A DNA stretch of 64,000 bases from Botryllus schlosseri. Lineage: Eukaryota. The stretch is taken from positions 37,822,001-37,886,000 of the forward strand of contig CM119372.1 in assembly GCA_051294905.1 (NCBI GenBank), in the 5' to 3' direction. How positions within the stretch are numbered: the stretch's first letter is position 1; each line of letters begins with the position of its first letter. A model generated the notes under the pieces. It was given only the letters and a program-made list of their open reading frames with translations. It was not told where the DNA came from and did not search any database. The translations under genes were made by a program, and so were the position numbers. Of the stretch, positions 59,869-64,000 are shown piece after piece.

Positions 59869-62800
59869 GATGAAACAAAGGCTGGAGTCAACATGATATG
59901 CCATGACTTCTATGTCATCTTAAAACTGCTATTTACAGCGTTGGTACCAATTCCCATGCAAGATTTCTCATGTGGCGGCCCTTCCCAGTGATTCGAACAA
60001 GCCATCCATCAATGAAATAATTCCGATTGTGGCTTTAATGTATGAACTGCTCATTCATCATAATTCAAGCAGAAAGTACTAATTGAAGGGAGCCACAATA
60101 ATCAATATTTTACAACAACGCCGTTTTGAAATCTCTCATTTAAGATATCACTCAAACTTGAAAATAAAGCTCGAATATGCAATTATCGATATTGCTTCTA
60201 GAATTTTGAGGATTGTAGAAAGAAATATCCCGGACGTTTCATATTGTAAATGTTGTAATCGCACTAAGAATGCGAGTTATACTAGAACTTTCATCTGCTC
60301 TACGTGAACCTTGAAATTACTAGCAAATGAGTAACCACTAGCTAGAGCTTTAATTATTATCAGGGCCTGTGCTATATTTGCTACACGATATGATTGTCGT
60401 CTGGACCGACTATAAGCTGATTGAAACGAACTATATATATATGTAGCCTGCTCTATCATGAGAAATCTGTAGTGGTGTAAAACTGTACACATGATAGTAT
60501 TACATATGGAAAAATGAGCTTTGGTATTTTGCTATTTCGTCGGTTAGTTTCTCGGGCTTTCATATCATATGAAATACCTAAGCAATTGTGCGAGCCATAG
60601 TGATAGAAATTTCGATTTCAGTCATAATCGAGTCGCAATTTTATCGTGACTCGAGTAATATTCTTGATAGAGAAAATGACCCGCATTGAGACACGTTTTA
60701 CATTGAAATAACTTGTACTCGAATCTTTGTGCACGACCAGATCAATTCATGTGACCAAATACATTCTATAACTTAGCCGTTTTAATGGAGGGTCAGTTTT
60801 TGCAGAACTGACCATCACTTTTCAAATTCATACCGTCACCTCATCAAGAATTGAATCTGAGCTGTTCCAGTTTAAAAGTGGGTGGAATATAGCCTACTAC
60901 CATTTCCGCCCGCGATCGACTCCCCATGACATTTCTAGGGGTTTATATAAGACTAAAGAAACAAACTTTTTCTCTAAAAAATCTCTTTCCCTCTCTCATT
61001 TTTCAAGACTGACCCCCAGGATAGCGTTATAGAGTCAGAAATCACGCCTCAGTGCGTAGTCACAGTTGCCTGGTTTCGAACAAGCCGTCAACCGTGGTCG
61101 TAAACCGCGCGGCTCGCCAGATATCGAAAAATGAAAAATACAAGAAAAATTTACATATGGACGTGGTCAGGGAGTGGTTATAATGGTCAAGTCCAAGATC
61201 AATATCGAGTCGGACCCCTATCGCCCAGTTACTGGCATGAAACAACGTGGTTTACTTTCTCTTGCCATATCCAACCATTTACAGGCATAGTAAACCAGTT
61301 TATGACTCATAATCCGTCACGAACTTGAACTTGAACTTGACTATGTTCTTGAAAATCATCGAAGCGTGACCACAATTAACAAACCCCCTCAGAAAACTCC
61401 CCAGAACAAGGTTTGATGTTCGAAACGGTGAAAAATTTACAAATAATACCGTACAAGTCGACTTCTGATGTTATGGCAGAATTTATGACTATACTTCCCA
61501 CTCGGAAAATATCTGGAAATAACCACTTTTTTCGGCATGCGTATTTTCAGCCGAACTCCGCACGTAAGATCGTCGGTACTCGAAAATTGTCATGGCTTAT
61601 GCCTTCAAATTAGGTATCATATAAATCAGAAGATAGCTGGTTTTCCATAGAAACCTAAAGCAGCCCGCTACGACATATATCTTTGGAGAAATTGAGAGAT
61701 GACCTTGAACTTGGGTCACCAGTTACCCCCCCCCCCAATAAAAGGGTTAATTTGGGTCAAATATTTTGGAGAATATTCTCGATCATATCATGTATTTACT
61801 CTCTTATACACCCATTTCATTGGTCCTCAAACTTTTCTTAGACACGACTTCCTTGATGATAGTGGAAAATTTCAAGTCACCCCCCTTATCCCCATATCAA
61901 AATGCTTTTGAAAAGAGCAGCAAGCATGTTTGTAATCCCAATGCATGGTTTTATGGCATTTAAGATTATGAATGTTGTTCTCAAATATAAAATGCGGACT
62001 ACAAACAGACCAACAACTATCAGCTGGCGGTAAATCGCGCAATGCGCAAAAACAAATTTCAGTTATGTAATTCGTCAAAAATAAGCATGTGCAATGGTAA
62101 AGCACATACCATATTCATATTATAGCGGTTTTCGTGTATAATACGTAATATTTCCTGGCATGGGCTTGGCTCAAGCGTACTTGACCATGACCTAAATCAA
62201 AGACAAATGCCGTGGCCCCGCTTCAAGTCACTTCAATTTGGATTCTCATTTTTAAGATCCACAAGGCATGGTCAGTAGTGAGGGTAAGGAACTTTGTTGC
62301 AGGCCAATCAGAGAGCGCCACGTCATCCTAATTGCCACGCCCATTTTCATCCCATAAGGGAACATTCATCTGCTACGTCATCTGTGCCACATCATCAAGC
62401 GTCACACCTATAGTGCCACATCATCCATCCATTGCTATATCATCGCTGCATTGATTGCCGCATCTTGATACTTTTCTCAGATATTGTATTATGTGTATTT
62501 AGAACTAATATCATCCGTCCATATTTTTTAAACTTGATTTTATGTGTACAAGTTACGGTTTCTGCAGTTTCCACATTTTACGACTTATGATTGCTGCGTC
62601 AAAACTTACCTTGGCTAGAATCGACAGATTTTCTATTATGTGTATTTAGGACTATGTATTTAAATTCCTATTCAGATTATACATAAATGCGAAAACTATG
62701 ATGTCTATGTAAGGTTATATTCTCCGGATAATATTATTAATATCAAAATTCTACACATCATCACTAATTACTTAATATAAAATGCGATTTTGAGCGCTGC

Positions 62801-63299
62801 GACTTGATAATATGAACCCCTACGCTTCTGATGCATGATTTTTTGTGATAAGGACCTAGGTAACATTCAGAGTCTGCAACGATTGTTTGGATATACATTA
62901 TAGCAATACCCACTAAACTATAGGCGGTTATATTACTCTATTGGTCAGAGATAACTCATCCGTCCATATTTTTAAACTTGATTTTATGTATACAAGTTAC
63001 AGTCTCTGCAGCCTCCACATTTTACGACTTATTTTCATTAGACGCAGGCAAGCGATTCTCCAGTTCGGAGCTACGGAAACAAATCACTCGCATGTGCGCG
63101 TTCCGAATAGTCTTGTAGAATTTTCTAAAGTCGTAACAGCTTAGTAGCATATACGCGAATCCCAAGGTGAAAATAATCGAACGAACTATAGCCGTAGGCG
63201 TGCGATTCGCAGGGCTTTATTTGTACAAACTCTATCGATGCCTGTACGCGAACCCCAGCGTTAAAACGATTAGGTCTAATTAACACGACTCTAACATTA

Positions 63300-63480
63300 C
63301 CACATCATCCGCCCATTGCCGCACCTATAGCACACCTATTGCCACATCATCCACCCATTGCCGCACCTATAGCACACCTATTGCCACATCATCCGCCCAT
63401 TGCCGCACCTATAGCACACCTATTGCCACATCATCCGCCCATTGCCGCACCTATAGCACACCTATTGCCACATCACCTGC
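63300..63480. repeat. 42-bp minisatellite, about 4.3 copies
   Basis: Unit ccacatcatccgcccattgccgcacctatagcacacctattg. Degenerate units continue to about 63570 and also occur at 62386-62460. Confidence 0.9.
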
Positions 63481-64000
63481 CACATTCATCTGTGTCACAT
63501 CATCAAGCCCCACACCTATAGTGCCACATCATCCATTGCCACATCATCACCGCATTGATTGCAGCATCTATATGACGCACAGCGCCGCATCAGCCAGCGC
63601 GATGTCGATTGCTGCACCTATGACACTCATTGGCACGTCAAAACTTACCTTAGCTAGATTCGAACCTGGTTTGGATGACTATAATTTCACGTCGCTCACC
63701 ACCAGGCTATTGATAATTCCGATCACTATGTTTTGATAATGACGTGCTTCCGAGAAATAAATAACATTCATTATATGTTAGATGATACTTTTCCTTGATA
63801 TTCTATCATGTGTGTTTAGGACTAATGCAACATCACTATGTTTACGACATGTCTGATTTGAACACACTAATTTTGCGTATCACACCACAAACTGCGCAAG
63901 CCTTCAAAGTTGATAAGTAAACAAGTATTTGCACTCCATCAGAATACTAAAGTAACTTTTCGCGTATATGTACCTGTAGCTAATACTAAAGTGCTTATGA

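Noticed and set aside
63339..63736. His/Pro-rich ORFs (PHHPPIAAPIAHLL)n
   Set aside because: A by-product of the 42-bp minisatellite, with no ATG start or splice support.

Overview
AT-rich, transposon-dense animal genomic DNA with spliceosomal GT-AG introns. A marine invertebrate chordate such as an ascidian is my inference, not proven. The two intact genes are a tandem pair of 7-exon betaine-homocysteine S-methyltransferase (BHMT-family) paralogs on the minus strand: A at 30645-35218 (373 aa) and B at 41389-54453 (374 aa). All their exons could be read with consistent phases. Both keep the Zn ligands but appear to carry substitutions in the betaine pocket and a BHMT/BHMT2 mosaic signature. 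Damaged or partial genes are a frameshifted single-exon class A GPCR (17136-18186), an orphan SH3 terminal exon (57436-57686) and a 3-exon ZU5/UPA-like gene with in-frame stops (58545-59868). Mobile DNA includes a nested cluster at 22138-28435, where an RNase H-bearing I/Nimb-like LINE is interrupted by an L1/Tx1-like LINE (10-bp TSD at the host stop codon) and by a hAT MITE. There are also four copies of a tRNA-derived SINE whose 3' stem-loop resembles that LINE's tail, two Chapaev3-type elements, many hAT MITEs with 8-bp TSDs, and solo LTRs. An inverted pair of hAT elements, one holding a nested CACTG element, sits in BHMT-B intron 4. I found no evidence of a prokaryote-style system such as CRISPR or an operon.
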